From contig CAWAUY010000028.1 in NCBI GenBank assembly GCA_963785275.1, positions 1,916 through 65,915 on the forward strand: a stretch of 64,000 bases of DNA, read 5' to 3'. Position numbers and translations under genes: made by a program. Source of the stretch: Candidatus Sulfomarinibacteraceae bacterium (GTDB taxonomy: Bacteria > Acidobacteriota > Thermoanaerobaculia > Thermoanaerobaculales > Sulfomarinibacteraceae). Positions 9,192-20,843 of this stretch are shown here, one piece after another. How positions within the stretch are numbered: position 1 is the stretch's first letter; each line of letters starts with the position of its first letter. The notes beneath the pieces were generated by a model. That model saw nothing but the letters and a program-made list of their open reading frames with translations. It was not told the DNA's origin and made no database searches.

Positions 9192-12100
9192 TTAAGACTG
9201 AATCTCTTTCGCGACTATACCATTCTCCAGCGCTTCGGCATAGGCGGCAGCGCCCCACTGCGCGTAGAGCCCGCACGCCGCCACGCGATGGGTCGCCGCT
9301 GCGGCGGGGTCGAGGTCGCCGATGGATGCCGCCGCCAACTGGTGGGCGAGGGCCTCGATGTGAAGATAGCCGGAGTCCGAGGCCGCGTGTTGTGCCTCGA
9401 GGTAGATTGCCCGGGCACGATCGTGATTGCCCGCCAGGCGTGCGAGTTCTCCAGCGATGAGACGTTCCTTGTGCAGAAGGTTGTGGGGACACAGCGAGGC
9501 CCACTTCTTGAGGAGTCGATGGTTCTTTCGAATCGACCGAAGCCTGGACCTTTTGTGCGGAGACGTCGCCGTCGAGAGGGACGCGGCCAGAATGAGGGCC
9601 TCGTACAACCGGTGTTCAGCGCTGTGGAGCATGCCCGCCGAGTCCTTGAGGTAGGAGGTGGCGACGCGGAGCGTTTTGAGCGCCGCCTCGACATCACCCC
9701 ACAGATACAACGTCTGCATCTTGACGATGAAGTAGTAGTGGGCGAAATGGCGTGACCCGTATGTCGAGAGACCGGCGACGAACTCCCCCTCCTCAAAATC
9801 TTCGTCGCTGAAGTCGCTTCGGCTGCGGGTTTCGCCTCGAAGGTTGCGAACCGCCTGACGAACGGCCCTCACCGCCCCCGCCGGTTCGGTGAGACCGACT
9901 CGATCGAGGAGTTCGAGGTATTCCCGCGATGCATCCGAGATCCGATCCATCCTCTCGCCGCGCATGAAGTAGCTGAAGGTGGTGGCGCAACTGGCACAAC
10001 CGGTATGAAAGAGGTCTCCGGTTTCGAGACCCGCCGCAAAGGCTGTCCGCCACAGGTCTTCGGCTTCGGTCGCCGGCCGCAGCCAGGACGTGCCGAAATA
10101 GCCGACCACGAAATTGACCTCGGCCTTCTGCTGGACATTGTCGTACTTCTCGACGAGATCGAGCGACAGGCGGCCGAAATCATATCCCCGGCGATAGTTG
10201 CCGAGAATCCCGCCGAGGAAAATGCACCCGAACACCATGTAGCCGATCGCGGCATCCGCAGTGTTGCCGTGTCTCAGACACAAATTCACCATCCTCGCGT
10301 TGACCGCGACACTGAGTTCTGGACGCAACTGATAGGCGGCCTTGGCAACGGCAGCGATCAGCCGTACCGCCCCGACCAGGCGCTCGTCGACCATCGTCGG
10401 CACGTCGAGGATGTCCGCGACCTCGCGGCGACCGAGACGAAGCTTGGCGCCGATCAGGTCGAAGACAAAGGAAGGAGGGTGGAACTTCGGGGGCAATTTG
10501 ATACCGAACAGGGCGGCGCCTTCACGCCCTGCCCGGTAGGCATCATCAAATCTCGCGAGGTCCGTATAGAAGTGGACCAGCCGTTCGAGGATCTCGGCCT
10601 TGGCCGAGGTTTCGCCGGCGAAGGAGAGCGCCCGCTGATAGAAATCCTCGGCGCGGTCAAAGGCCAGGGCCTCGACGGCCTGGCCCGCCGCGATCCGGTA
10701 GAACTTACCCGCCTTTGCCAGCTCGCCCGCGCCTTCGAGGTGGACAGCGAGCAGTTCGGGTGTGTCATCGCCGTCCCTCTCCAGCGACTCTGCCAACGCC
10801 GCGTGGTGGCCTGCAACGACCGGTTTGGAAAGACGTGCCACGATGCTCTCGCGGATCCGATCGTGATAACACTCGACTTCGTCCTCGAGTCCGGGTCCGG
10901 TGGTTCGTATCATGCGTTCCGAGCGCAGTGAACTGACAATCTCGGGCGGGAGCGCCCGCAGCGCGGCGACCTCCTGGACGTGCCGCAAAAGGATCGGACG
11001 GCTCGCCACCGCGATCACTTCGAGCAAACGCCGCTGATCTTCGGGAAGCCTTTGAACCCTCTGCCAGAGGATCTCGTCGAGGTGCACCTCGCCGGCCTCG
11101 AAAACCTCGAGCCCCGCCTGGAGGTGCTGAACCAACTCGTAGATGAAGAGGGCGCTGCCGGCCGACTCCTCGACCACCCAGTCGGCCTGGGCGCCGGCTT
11201 CCGGCGATCCGTCGCCAATCAGAATCAGCGCCAGGTCGCGAGTCTCGTCGGTGCTCAGAGCATCGACGACCAGAGTCTCCTCGACCAGGTTTGCGTCGTC
11301 GCCGGCGAGATCCTCGAGCGCCAGCAGACACGGGCTCACACCGACGTACTCGGTTCGGTAACTGAACAGCATCAACATCCGCGGTGGCTCGGTCGAGCTG
11401 ACGATCTCCCTGATCAACGCGGCGCTATCAAGGTCCCCCCATTGAAGGTCGTCGATAAAGAGCACCAGCGGGTGCCGCTCGCCGATCCTGGATAACAGCT
11501 CGCGAAGGGCGCCGAAAGCCTGGAGTCTGAGCTCCTCGAGGTTGGAGCTGCCCTTGTGCGCGGACGCCATATCGGCGACCTGTTTGATGCGCCGCAAGGC
11601 CGGAAAGATTCGCGCCAGTGCCACGATGTGATCGGGCATCAAAAGGCTGATTTCTTCGCGTGGAAGGCTGAGCAGGTATCGGGTCAAGGAATCCACGAGA
11701 CTGTCGATGGCCTTGTAGGGCATCGACTCCTGTTCGTAACAGCGCCCGACCAACACTACGGGCTCTTCGCGCCCTGTCAGCTCCTGCAGAAAGTGCTGGA
11801 TCAGAGCCGATTTCCCGGCCCCGGAACGGCCGTGGACCCGGCACACCCCGACCGCTCCCTCGAGCGTACGCTCGAGGCAGCGCGACAGGGTCTGGAGGTG
11901 GTGGCGGCGACCGATGAACGGGGTCGCGAGGGGATCCGATACCGGAGAAGCCGAAACCGGGTCTGGAGCCGCGTCACCGCGGAGCCGCGCGATCACCTCG
12001 GGACCTTTGGGGCGGCTGTCGGGGTCCCGCGAGAGCAGCTCCATGCACAGAGTGGAGAGATCATCGGGCGCGTCGGGCGCGAGCTCTTGCGGCGGAGGCG

Positions 12101-13010
12101 GGTCCAGGTGCTGCTTGTCGCGCAGCACGTCGATCGATCGGCCGGTGATCGGCAGCCGGCCGGTCAGGACTTCGTACAGCATGACCCCAACGGCATACCA
12201 ATCGCTGGCCGTGGTCAGCAGCTGTGCGGCCGCCTGCTCGGGAGCCATATACGCGACCGAGCCGGTGATGCGGCCTGAGGTGTGGCTGCTCTGCTGGTTT
12301 TGTGAGTTGCCAGATGCCGTGCCGGAAATCCCTGCCGAGGCCCGCGTCTCCGAGCCGAGCTCCTGAACCAGACCGAAGTCGAGGAGCACCACCCGGCCGT
12401 TCTTGCGGACCAACACGTTGCCCGGTTTGAGATCGCGGTGGAGGATTCGCGCCCGGTGGAGAGCCTCGACCCCTTGCGCCAGCTGACCAAAGACATCGGC
12501 AACTCGTTCTCTGTCAAAGTCCTCGGGAGGGGGCGACGGGAGCCGATGTGTCGCAGGATCTCCGCCGTCTGCATCCTGCGAGCGGTACCACGAAATATTC
12601 TCCATCGGGGCGTCAATGGTCTCGTCCTCGGCAATGCTCGAGTCTTCAGAGGGACCCGAGCCGGTGCCGACCGGACCGGGCGTGACCAGCGCCTCGTGCG
12701 GGCGCAGGAAGGTCCTCAGATTGACGGCGTCTTGCAGGAGCTCCATGGTGAAAAAATACCGTTCGCCGTCGGATATGAACTCGTACAGTGGTACCAGGTT
12801 GGGATGGACGGTGCGGGCCAGCGATCGGAACTCCTGTTTGAAAAGAAAAATCGTTTCAGGGCTGGCCTCGCGCAGGGTTTTGAGCGCCACCAGAGCCTCT
12901 CGTTCGCGGTCGTAGGCTTCGTAGACCACGCCCATACCGCCGGCTCCGATTCGGCGGAGAATGCCGAATCTCTCGGTGCCCTCGAACTCCACCCGGTCTT
13001 CAGCGCTCAC
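9192..13010 (-). CDS. Ser/Thr protein kinase fused to an AAA/STAND-type NTPase and a TPR-like C-terminal region
   Basis: Kinase motifs GAGGMGVVYEAYD, VALKTL, HRDLKPGNVL, DFGL, YMAPE. P-loop VHGRSGAGKSAL, followed by a roughly 800-aa helical repeat region. Preferred GTG start at 13010 is preceded by AGGAG with 8-nt spacing. The longest ORF starts at GTG 13052. Confidence 0.85.
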   Translation of the reverse strand: MSAEDRVEFEGTERFGILRRIGAGGMGVVYEAYDREREALVALKTLREASPETIFLFKQEFRSLARTVHPNLVPLYEFISDGERYFFTMELLQDAVNLRTFLRPHEALVTPGPVGTGSGPSEDSSIAEDETIDAPMENISWYRSQDADGGDPATHRLPSPPPEDFDRERVADVFGQLAQGVEALHRARILHRDLKPGNVLVRKNGRVVLLDFGLVQELGSETRASAGISGTASGNSQNQQSSHTSGRITGSVAYMAPEQAAAQLLTTASDWYAVGVMLYEVLTGRLPITGRSIDVLRDKQHLDPPPPQELAPDAPDDLSTLCMELLSRDPDSRPKGPEVIARLRGDAAPDPVSASPVSDPLATPFIGRRHHLQTLSRCLERTLEGAVGVCRVHGRSGAGKSALIQHFLQELTGREEPVVLVGRCYEQESMPYKAIDSLVDSLTRYLLSLPREEISLLMPDHIVALARIFPALRRIKQVADMASAHKGSSNLEELRLQAFGALRELLSRIGERHPLVLFIDDLQWGDLDSAALIREIVSSTEPPRMLMLFSYRTEYVGVSPCLLALEDLAGDDANLVEETLVVDALSTDETRDLALILIGDGSPEAGAQADWVVEESAGSALFIYELVQHLQAGLEVFEAGEVHLDEILWQRVQRLPEDQRRLLEVIAVASRPILLRHVQEVAALRALPPEIVSSLRSERMIRTTGPGLEDEVECYHDRIRESIVARLSKPVVAGHHAALAESLERDGDDTPELLAVHLEGAGELAKAGKFYRIAAGQAVEALAFDRAEDFYQRALSFAGETSAKAEILERLVHFYTDLARFDDAYRAGREGAALFGIKLPPKFHPPSFVFDLIGAKLRLGRREVADILDVPTMVDERLVGAVRLIAAVAKAAYQLRPELSVAVNARMVNLCLRHGNTADAAIGYMVFGCIFLGGILGNYRRGYDFGRLSLDLVEKYDNVQQKAEVNFVVGYFGTSWLRPATEAEDLWRTAFAAGLETGDLFHTGCASCATTFSYFMRGERMDRISDASREYLELLDRVGLTEPAGAVRAVRQAVRNLRGETRSRSDFSDEDFEEGEFVAGLSTYGSRHFAHYYFIVKMQTLYLWGDVEAALKTLRVATSYLKDSAGMLHSAEHRLYEALILAASLSTATSPHKRSRLRSIRKNHRLLKKWASLCPHNLLHKERLIAGELARLAGNHDRARAIYLEAQHAASDSGYLHIEALAHQLAAASIGDLDPAAAATHRVAACGLYAQWGAAAYAEALENGIVAKEIQS

Positions 13011-13161
13011 AGTATTGACTCCTGCAGAACCGCCCGCCGTGTGACGGGCCACCCATCAAAAATGTCGGTGATCGCACGAGATGAGAATAACAGAAACCGA
13101 GAATTAATCTCATGCCGAATCACGAGGGCGTGGCGTCCTCGCAGCTTGACGAGGTGAACCG

Positions 13162-13923
13162 TCAGCCGCCGGCTCTCGAATCCAGGATCTCGTGCAGTTT
13201 CTTCGACGGAAGAGGGTGGTGGCTGAGGACTGTGCCGTCGAGGACGATGCTGAAGACGCCGTAGGGCGAGGGTGCGCGGTCGCGGATCTCGCGGGCGCTC
13301 GTCAGTTCGACCTCCCTGGCATTCAGCCCGCGATCGCGCGCCACGTCGAGGGCGGTCGCGGCCGCATCCTCGAGGTAGGGGCACTGGTCCGTACGGACGA
13401 CCGACAGACCCTCGCCGAGACGCCGAGCCTTCTCTTCCCATTCTCCGGAGAAAGATGGAAGAGCAGCATCGCTGAATGTGTGGACCAGGAGCTCATATCC
13501 CGGCGGGGCCTGCTCCACCTTTTCAAAACCGTGCCGCAACAGCAGCTTGCGGCCAGCCAACCAGTTGCCCTCGGTGGTGACCATGGCAACACCGTTGGCG
13601 CCCTGGCGCCGGGCGTCGGCGAGACACGCCTCGAGCAGCATGGAGCCGTACCCCTTGCCTTTGCTCTTGCCGACGACCCACAGACAGTGGATGAACATGA
13701 ACCGAGCCGCCTCTGCGGGCCGCCACGCAAACTCGCCTGGGATGTACTCGATAAATCCACGACCGCCCTGGGACAGATCGAGGAGCTTGATCCGCAGCCC
13801 TTCGGCAAAGCGCGCTTCGAGCCATTGACGTTTGCGCTGCCACCCGGCGGATTTCCTCCGGCTCATGTGGCAGAAGAACCCAACCTCGTCCACGTTTGCG
13901 GGTGTGACGTCGATGGTTTTCAT
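13162..13923 (-). CDS. GNAT-family N-acetyltransferase (YoaP-like architecture)
   Basis: ATG at 13921-13923 is preceded by AGGAG. Contains FFCHMSRRKSAGWQRKRQWLEARFAEGLRIKLL and the acetyl-CoA motif VVGKSKGKGYGSMLLEACLADARRQG. The upstream part of ORF 13162..14064 overlaps the neighbouring gene. Confidence 0.75.
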   Translation of the reverse strand: MKTIDVTPANVDEVGFFCHMSRRKSAGWQRKRQWLEARFAEGLRIKLLDLSQGGRGFIEYIPGEFAWRPAEAARFMFIHCLWVVGKSKGKGYGSMLLEACLADARRQGANGVAMVTTEGNWLAGRKLLLRHGFEKVEQAPPGYELLVHTFSDAALPSFSGEWEEKARRLGEGLSVVRTDQCPYLEDAAATALDVARDRGLNAREVELTSAREIRDRAPSPYGVFSIVLDGTVLSHHPLPSKKLHEILDSRAGG

Positions 13924-13963
13924 GGGCTGCTCCTGATCTCGCTGGTCGAACTCGTCGAAGACC

Positions 13964-14992
13964 TCAGGGTTCGTCCGATACCTTGATAATGAGCTTGCCG
14001 TCGTGCGACCCGTCGAACAGCCGATTGATGTTTCGCGGTGCGGTCTCCAGGCCGTCGTAGACATCGACCTTGTACTTCAGGCGGCCCTCGGCGTACCACT
14101 CGCTGAGCTTGGCAACGGCCTCGCCGGTGCGGTCGAGATAGTCCATCACGATAAAGCCCTCGACCCTGGCCCGTCGGATGAGGACCATCGGAAAGGCAGA
14201 CGGGCCGGGCACCTTCTCGGCGGCGTTGTAGCCCGAAATCAGACCACAGACCGCGATTCTCGCGTAATTGTTGATCCAGGTGAGCTCGGCGTCGAGGATG
14301 TCACCGCCGACGTTTTCAAAGATCACGTCGATGCCGTCGGGGCAGTGTTTGTGGAGCGTGCGAACGACGTTCTCTGTTTTGTAGTTGATGGCGGCGTCGA
14401 AGCCGAGGTCGGCAGTCAGCCACGCGCACTTGGCATCGGAGCCTGCGATGCCCACCACCCGGCAGCCCATGATCTTGCCGATCTGGCCGACGATCGACCC
14501 GACTGCCCCGGCGGCGCCCGAGACGACGAGCGTTTCACCGGCCTTTGGTTTGCCGATGTCGAGCAGACCGAAGTAGGCGGTGAGACCGACGATCCCGAAC
14601 AGCCCGAGAAAAGCAGTCAGCGGGAGCGGACCGGGGTCGATGACCCGCTGGTCGCTGCCATCCGAGATCGCGTAGTCCTGCCAGCCGACGGTGCCGGAGA
14701 CCAGGTCACCCGGAGAAAAGCGGTCGGTGCGCGACTCTTCGACGACCCCCAGGGTGAGCCCGCGCATGACGTCGCCGATGCCGACCGGTTCCACATACGA
14801 CGGTCCCTCGCGGATCCAACCGCGGTTGGCGGGATCCAGCGAGAGATAGATGTTGCGGACCAGCACCTCGCCGTCGGCGAGCGCTCGGACCGGCTCCTCC
14901 ACCCACTCGAAATCACTGTCCTTGATCAGCCCCTCGGGTCTCGCGGCCAGCCGCCACTGTCGGTTGATGCGTTCTGCCATAGCGTGCTCCAT
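13964..14992 (-). CDS. NADP-dependent oxidoreductase, medium-chain reductase family (CurA/YncB / alkenal reductase-like)
   Basis: N-terminus NRQWRLAARPEG...DFEWVEEP, Rossmann motif VSGAAGAVGSIVGQIGKIMGCRVVGIAGS, C-terminus GKLIIKV. Confidence 0.88.
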   Translation of the reverse strand: MEHAMAERINRQWRLAARPEGLIKDSDFEWVEEPVRALADGEVLVRNIYLSLDPANRGWIREGPSYVEPVGIGDVMRGLTLGVVEESRTDRFSPGDLVSGTVGWQDYAISDGSDQRVIDPGPLPLTAFLGLFGIVGLTAYFGLLDIGKPKAGETLVVSGAAGAVGSIVGQIGKIMGCRVVGIAGSDAKCAWLTADLGFDAAINYKTENVVRTLHKHCPDGIDVIFENVGGDILDAELTWINNYARIAVCGLISGYNAAEKVPGPSAFPMVLIRRARVEGFIVMDYLDRTGEAVAKLSEWYAEGRLKYKVDVYDGLETAPRNINRLFDGSHDGKLIIKVSDEP

Positions 14993-15036
14993 TTCGTTCG
15001 CGCGGGTTCATCCAGGTTCCGGGATAGTATTGCCGT

Positions 15037-15921
15037 GTGAGGTACGAGGGTACAGTGTACCGTCCGCCATCCGAAGCGGGATCGCTGATCATCCAGGCAA
15101 CCGTCGGCTGTCCGCACAATCGGTGCGCCTTCTGTTCCATGTACAGCGACAAGAAATTCAAGAAGCGCCCCGTCGCCGAAGTCATCGAGGACCTCGATAT
15201 GGCCGTCGAGGCTCATGGCCCGGGGGTCCGCACGATCTTTCTCGCCGACGGCAACACGGCAGCGCTGCCGACCGCCACCCTGGTCGCGATCGGTGAGGCT
15301 GCCGCGGAGCGCTTTCCCAACCTCGAACGCATCACAGTCTACGGTTCGGCCAAGTTCCTCGCGGCCAAGAGCCGGGACGAGTGGCGGCAGATCGGTGGCG
15401 CCGGCATCACGAGAATCCACTCGGGTCTCGAGTCCGGCGATGCCGTGACCCTCGATCAGATCCACAAGGGCGTCAATCCGGAGGCAGCCGCAGAGGCCTT
15501 CAACCACGTCATGGCGGCCGACATCGAACTTTCGGTCTATCTGATGGTGGGGGTGGCGGGTCTCGAGCGCTCACGTGAGCACGCCGAGGGCTCGGCGGCG
15601 GTCCTCAACCGGGCGAGCCCGGACTTCATCCGTCTCCGAACCTTTGTGCCACGGCTCGGCACCGAGTGGTGCGAACGCTGGCAGCGCGGCGATCTCACCC
15701 TGCTCGGTCCCCACCAGGCGCTCGAGGAGACCAGACTGCTGGTGGAACGGCTCGAGGGGCCGACCATGCTGTTGTCCGACCACGTCACCAACTTCCTCGA
15801 TGTCAACGGACGCATCCCTGACGACAAAAGCATGATGTTGGCAACCATCGACGAGGCCCTCGAATGGACTGAGGAAAGCTTCAGACCGCCTACCGAGCGG
15901 CTCATCCATCTCGGATTATAG
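15037..15921 (+). CDS. Radical SAM protein (function unknown)
   Basis: CPHNRCAFCSMY matches the CxxxCxxC 4Fe-4S/SAM cluster motif near the N-terminus. The roughly 290-aa length fits a TIM-barrel. GTG start. Confidence 0.8.
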   Translation: MRYEGTVYRPPSEAGSLIIQATVGCPHNRCAFCSMYSDKKFKKRPVAEVIEDLDMAVEAHGPGVRTIFLADGNTAALPTATLVAIGEAAAERFPNLERITVYGSAKFLAAKSRDEWRQIGGAGITRIHSGLESGDAVTLDQIHKGVNPEAAAEAFNHVMAADIELSVYLMVGVAGLERSREHAEGSAAVLNRASPDFIRLRTFVPRLGTEWCERWQRGDLTLLGPHQALEETRLLVERLEGPTMLLSDHVTNFLDVNGRIPDDKSMMLATIDEALEWTEESFRPPTERLIHLGL

Positions 15922-16199
15922 GGTCGAGACTTCAGCTCATGACGGGTCTCCATCGTCGGGCGGTATCGGCGCGGCTACAGTAGACCAACTTCGCGATCGA
16001 GGACTGGGGGGCAATCGATGAAGAGCTCTTCGTGGCGGCGGTGCTGAGTTATTGGGGACCGACCGATGTGGTTCACATCATGAATCGCGGGCGATGCGGT
16101 GTCCGGCCCGTGACCGAGGAATAAATACCCGTCGAGATTTTTTTTAAGGACCGACGGTCCGAACAGAATTTTTACCAGAACATCCAACGAGGAGACACC

Positions 16200-17201
16200 A
16201 TGATCAAGGCCTATGCAGCGTCTGAAGCCGGCGGCGAACTCAAGCCTTTCGAGTACGATCCAGGACCGCTTGGCAGCAACGAGGTCGAGATAGCGGTCGA
16301 GCACTGCGGCATCTGCCACAGCGATCTCAGCATGCTCGACAACGAATGGGGCATGACCCAGTACCCATTTGTCCCGGGTCACGAAGTGGCCGGCACCATC
16401 TCAAAAGTCGGCGAAGAGGTGGGCAATCTGGAGGTCGGCCAGCGGGTCGGTCTCGGTTGGCACGCGGGCTACTGCATGACGTGTCACAGCTGTATGGAGG
16501 GCGACCACAATCTCTGTGCATCCGGTGTCGGAACCATCGTCGGCCGCCACGGCGGTTTTGCCGACCGGGTGCGCGCCCAGGCTGCAGCCGTCGTGCCCCT
16601 GCCCGATGGTGTGGATATGGAAAGTGCCGGTCCGCTCTTCTGCGGCGGCATCACCGTCTTCAACCCCATGGTCCAGTTCGGGGTGAGTCCCACCGACAGG
16701 GTTGGGGTGATCGGGATCGGCGGGCTCGGCCACATCGCCCTGCAGTTTCTCAATGCCTGGGGCTGCGAAGTGACGGCCTTCACCTCGAGCGAGGACAAGA
16801 AGAAAGAGGCCCTCGAGCTTGGCGCCCACCACACGATCAACTCGCGCAACCCCGACGAAATCGAGGCGGCAGCGGGTCGGTTTGCGATGATCCTCTCGAC
16901 CGTCAACGTCAAGCTCGACTGGAACGCCTATGTCGGGACGCTGCAGCCCAAGGGCCGTCTCCACTTCGTGGGGGCGACGATGGAGCCGCTCGACCTCGGT
17001 GTGTTCCCGCTGCTCATGGCGCAACGGTCTGTTTCGGGTTCGCCGGTGGGCAGCCCGGCGACCATCGCCACGATGCTCGATTTTGCCGCCCGGCACTCGG
17101 TCAAGCCGGTGATCGAGACCTTCCGATTCGATCAGGTCAACGAGGCTCTGGCGCGGCTGCGGAGCGGGAAGGCCCGTTACCGGATCGTTCTCAGTCGATA
17201 G
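16200..17201 (+). CDS. Zn-dependent NAD(P) alcohol dehydrogenase (YahK/cinnamyl-alcohol dehydrogenase-like)
   Basis: GICHSDL, PGHEVAG, the structural-Zn cluster [15 protein letters not shown], and GIGGLGH. GAGGAG RBS lies 6 nt upstream of the ATG. Confidence 0.9.
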   Translation: MIKAYAASEAGGELKPFEYDPGPLGSNEVEIAVEHCGICHSDLSMLDNEWGMTQYPFVPGHEVAGTISKVGEEVGNLEVGQRVGLGWHAGYCMTCHSCMEGDHNLCASGVGTIVGRHGGFADRVRAQAAAVVPLPDGVDMESAGPLFCGGITVFNPMVQFGVSPTDRVGVIGIGGLGHIALQFLNAWGCEVTAFTSSEDKKKEALELGAHHTINSRNPDEIEAAAGRFAMILSTVNVKLDWNAYVGTLQPKGRLHFVGATMEPLDLGVFPLLMAQRSVSGSPVGSPATIATMLDFAARHSVKPVIETFRFDQVNEALARLRSGKARYRIVLSR

Positions 17202-17234
17202 ACCCGCGCCCGCGATCCGCGCGCCGAAGAGACC

Positions 17235-17268
17235 GAAAAACCGCGACGCTCGGCGTCGCGGTTTCTCT
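17235..17268. terminator. Bidirectional intrinsic terminator between convergent adh and icd
   Basis: Perfect 10-bp stem ACCGCGACGC(17240-17249), loop TCG, GCGTCGCGGT(17253-17262). Flanked by an A-run on the left (GAAAAA) and TTTCTCT on the right. Confidence 0.65.
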
Positions 17269-17294
17269 GTCTCACGATGGGCCGTCGAACCGAC

Positions 17295-19526
<2,232 letters not shown>

Positions 19527-19816
19527 TCACCCTCGTGAAAATTTTCATATGCCGCGACCCGGCACGGCAGTTTAGCCCTTCCGAGGTTCATTGTCAGCTA
19601 CCCTGCATTTCTCACCAGCTTCCTGTTGCGGGCTCCGATGCGCCCCATCCGGCGGGGTTTTCTCCCCTCGGGGTGCTCCACGTACTGTTCAAATACGCGT
19701 CCGCGCCCCTCAGGTCGTAAACCCCACCGGGCACGGCACCTCACAGCCCTCGCGACGAAACCCGGTGAGAAATGCCGGCTACCGGAGATTCGCGGCCGTC
19801 AGCCCGAGCTGAGATG

Positions 19817-19846
19817 TGTCCACCTGCACAATCGTCAACGTGGACA
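19817..19846. promoter_or_regulatory. 7-bp inverted repeat in the 5' region of the NifX-FKBP fusion gene
   Basis: TGTCCAC(19817-19823)-N16-GTGGACA(19840-19846), 49 nt upstream of the ATG at 19895. It could be an operator or a 5'-UTR stem. Confidence 0.25.
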
Positions 19847-19894
19847 GCCGCCTGATGGCCGGTTACCATCCGAACCTCGTGAAAGGAGCGTGTG

Positions 19895-20767
19895 ATGCTG
19901 ATCGCTATTCCCTCTGACACCAACGACGGTCTCGATGCCGCCATTTCGGAGCACTTCGGCCACTGTGCCGCCTTCACCCTGGTCGACGTGACCGACGACG
20001 CCATCGGAGAGGTTTCGATTCTTGAGAATTCAGGCCACGTTGAGGGCGGCTGCATGGCGCCCGTGACCCTCCTCAAAGAACGCGGGGTCGAGGTTCTCCT
20101 CGCCGGCGGTATGGGTGGGCGGCCGCTCGCCGGATTCCAGGAGGTCGGGATCGAAGTCCGCTTCAAAGAAGATGCCGGCACGGTCAGAGAGGCGGTCGAG
20201 CTCTTTGTCTCCGGTGGTTGCCGCGCATTCGGCGAAGCGCAGACCTGCGGCGGTGGCGAGGGCGGTTGCGGTGGGCACGATCACCACCACCACCATGAAC
20301 CCGAGACCGTGCCCATCGAGGGCAGGGCCGACATCCGGGATGGCCGCATGGTGACGGTCGAGTACGAGCTCAAGGACGTCGATGGCGCCGTCTTGAACTC
20401 CTCCTCCGAGACCGGTCCAATGCGCTTTATCTTCGGTGCCGGTCAGATCTTCCCGGCCGTCGAGCAGGCCCTGGCCGGGCTCGAACCGGAGGCGAACGTG
20501 GTCGCCGCGGTGTCGGCCGCCGATGGTTTCGGAGACCGAGATGAGGCTCGTGTCGTCGAAGCCCCCCGGGCCCAGCTTCCACCCGATGTCGTCGTCGGCG
20601 CCATGGTCTCGGCCCAGGACGAACAGGGACGGAGATTCCCCCTGAGGGTCGTCCACCTGGATGAAAACGTCGCCCGGCTCGACGCCAACCACCCGCTCGC
20701 CGGCAAGGACCTGGTGTTCGATCTGACCGTGAAGATGGTCGAAGACGTCAAGCAAGCGGGGAGTTGA
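19895..20767 (+). CDS. Fusion protein: NifB/NifX-type (dinitrogenase FeMo-cofactor-binding fold) domain, Cys/His-rich linker, SlyD-like FKBP peptidyl-prolyl isomerase
   Basis: The N-terminus MLIAIPSD..LDAAISEHFGHCAAFTLVDV..GGCMAPVTLLKERGVEVLLAGGMGGRPLAGFQEVGIEV matches the NifX/NifB-C fold. The linker is CGGGEGGCGGHDHHHHHE. The C-terminus VEYELKD.DG..L......GPMRFIFGAGQIFPAVEQALAGLEPE...HPLAGKDLVFDLTV is SlyD-type FKBP with an insert-in-flap region. ATG 19895 is preceded by AAAGGAG with 6-nt spacing. Confidence 0.8.
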   Translation: MLIAIPSDTNDGLDAAISEHFGHCAAFTLVDVTDDAIGEVSILENSGHVEGGCMAPVTLLKERGVEVLLAGGMGGRPLAGFQEVGIEVRFKEDAGTVREAVELFVSGGCRAFGEAQTCGGGEGGCGGHDHHHHHEPETVPIEGRADIRDGRMVTVEYELKDVDGAVLNSSSETGPMRFIFGAGQIFPAVEQALAGLEPEANVVAAVSAADGFGDRDEARVVEAPRAQLPPDVVVGAMVSAQDEQGRRFPLRVVHLDENVARLDANHPLAGKDLVFDLTVKMVEDVKQAGS

Positions 20768-20843
20768 GGCCCACTCGTCAGGACTCGACTGTCGTACAAT
20801 TCAGCGAGTGAAATCCTCAGGCAAATACGCGGGTCGTCACCCG

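Noticed and set aside
15975-16382. Minus-strand ORF of 135 aa spanning the radical SAM / adh intergenic region.
   Set aside because: Its 5' half is antisense to the well-supported adh gene. It has no RBS, and the remainder has no recognisable motif.
19561-19576. GGCACGGCAGTTTAGC considered as a sigma-54 (-24/-12) promoter upstream of icd or the fusion gene.
   Set aside because: The GC of the -12 element is displaced by 2 nt relative to the TGGCACG-N4-TTGCW consensus, and no enhancer-binding protein gene is nearby.
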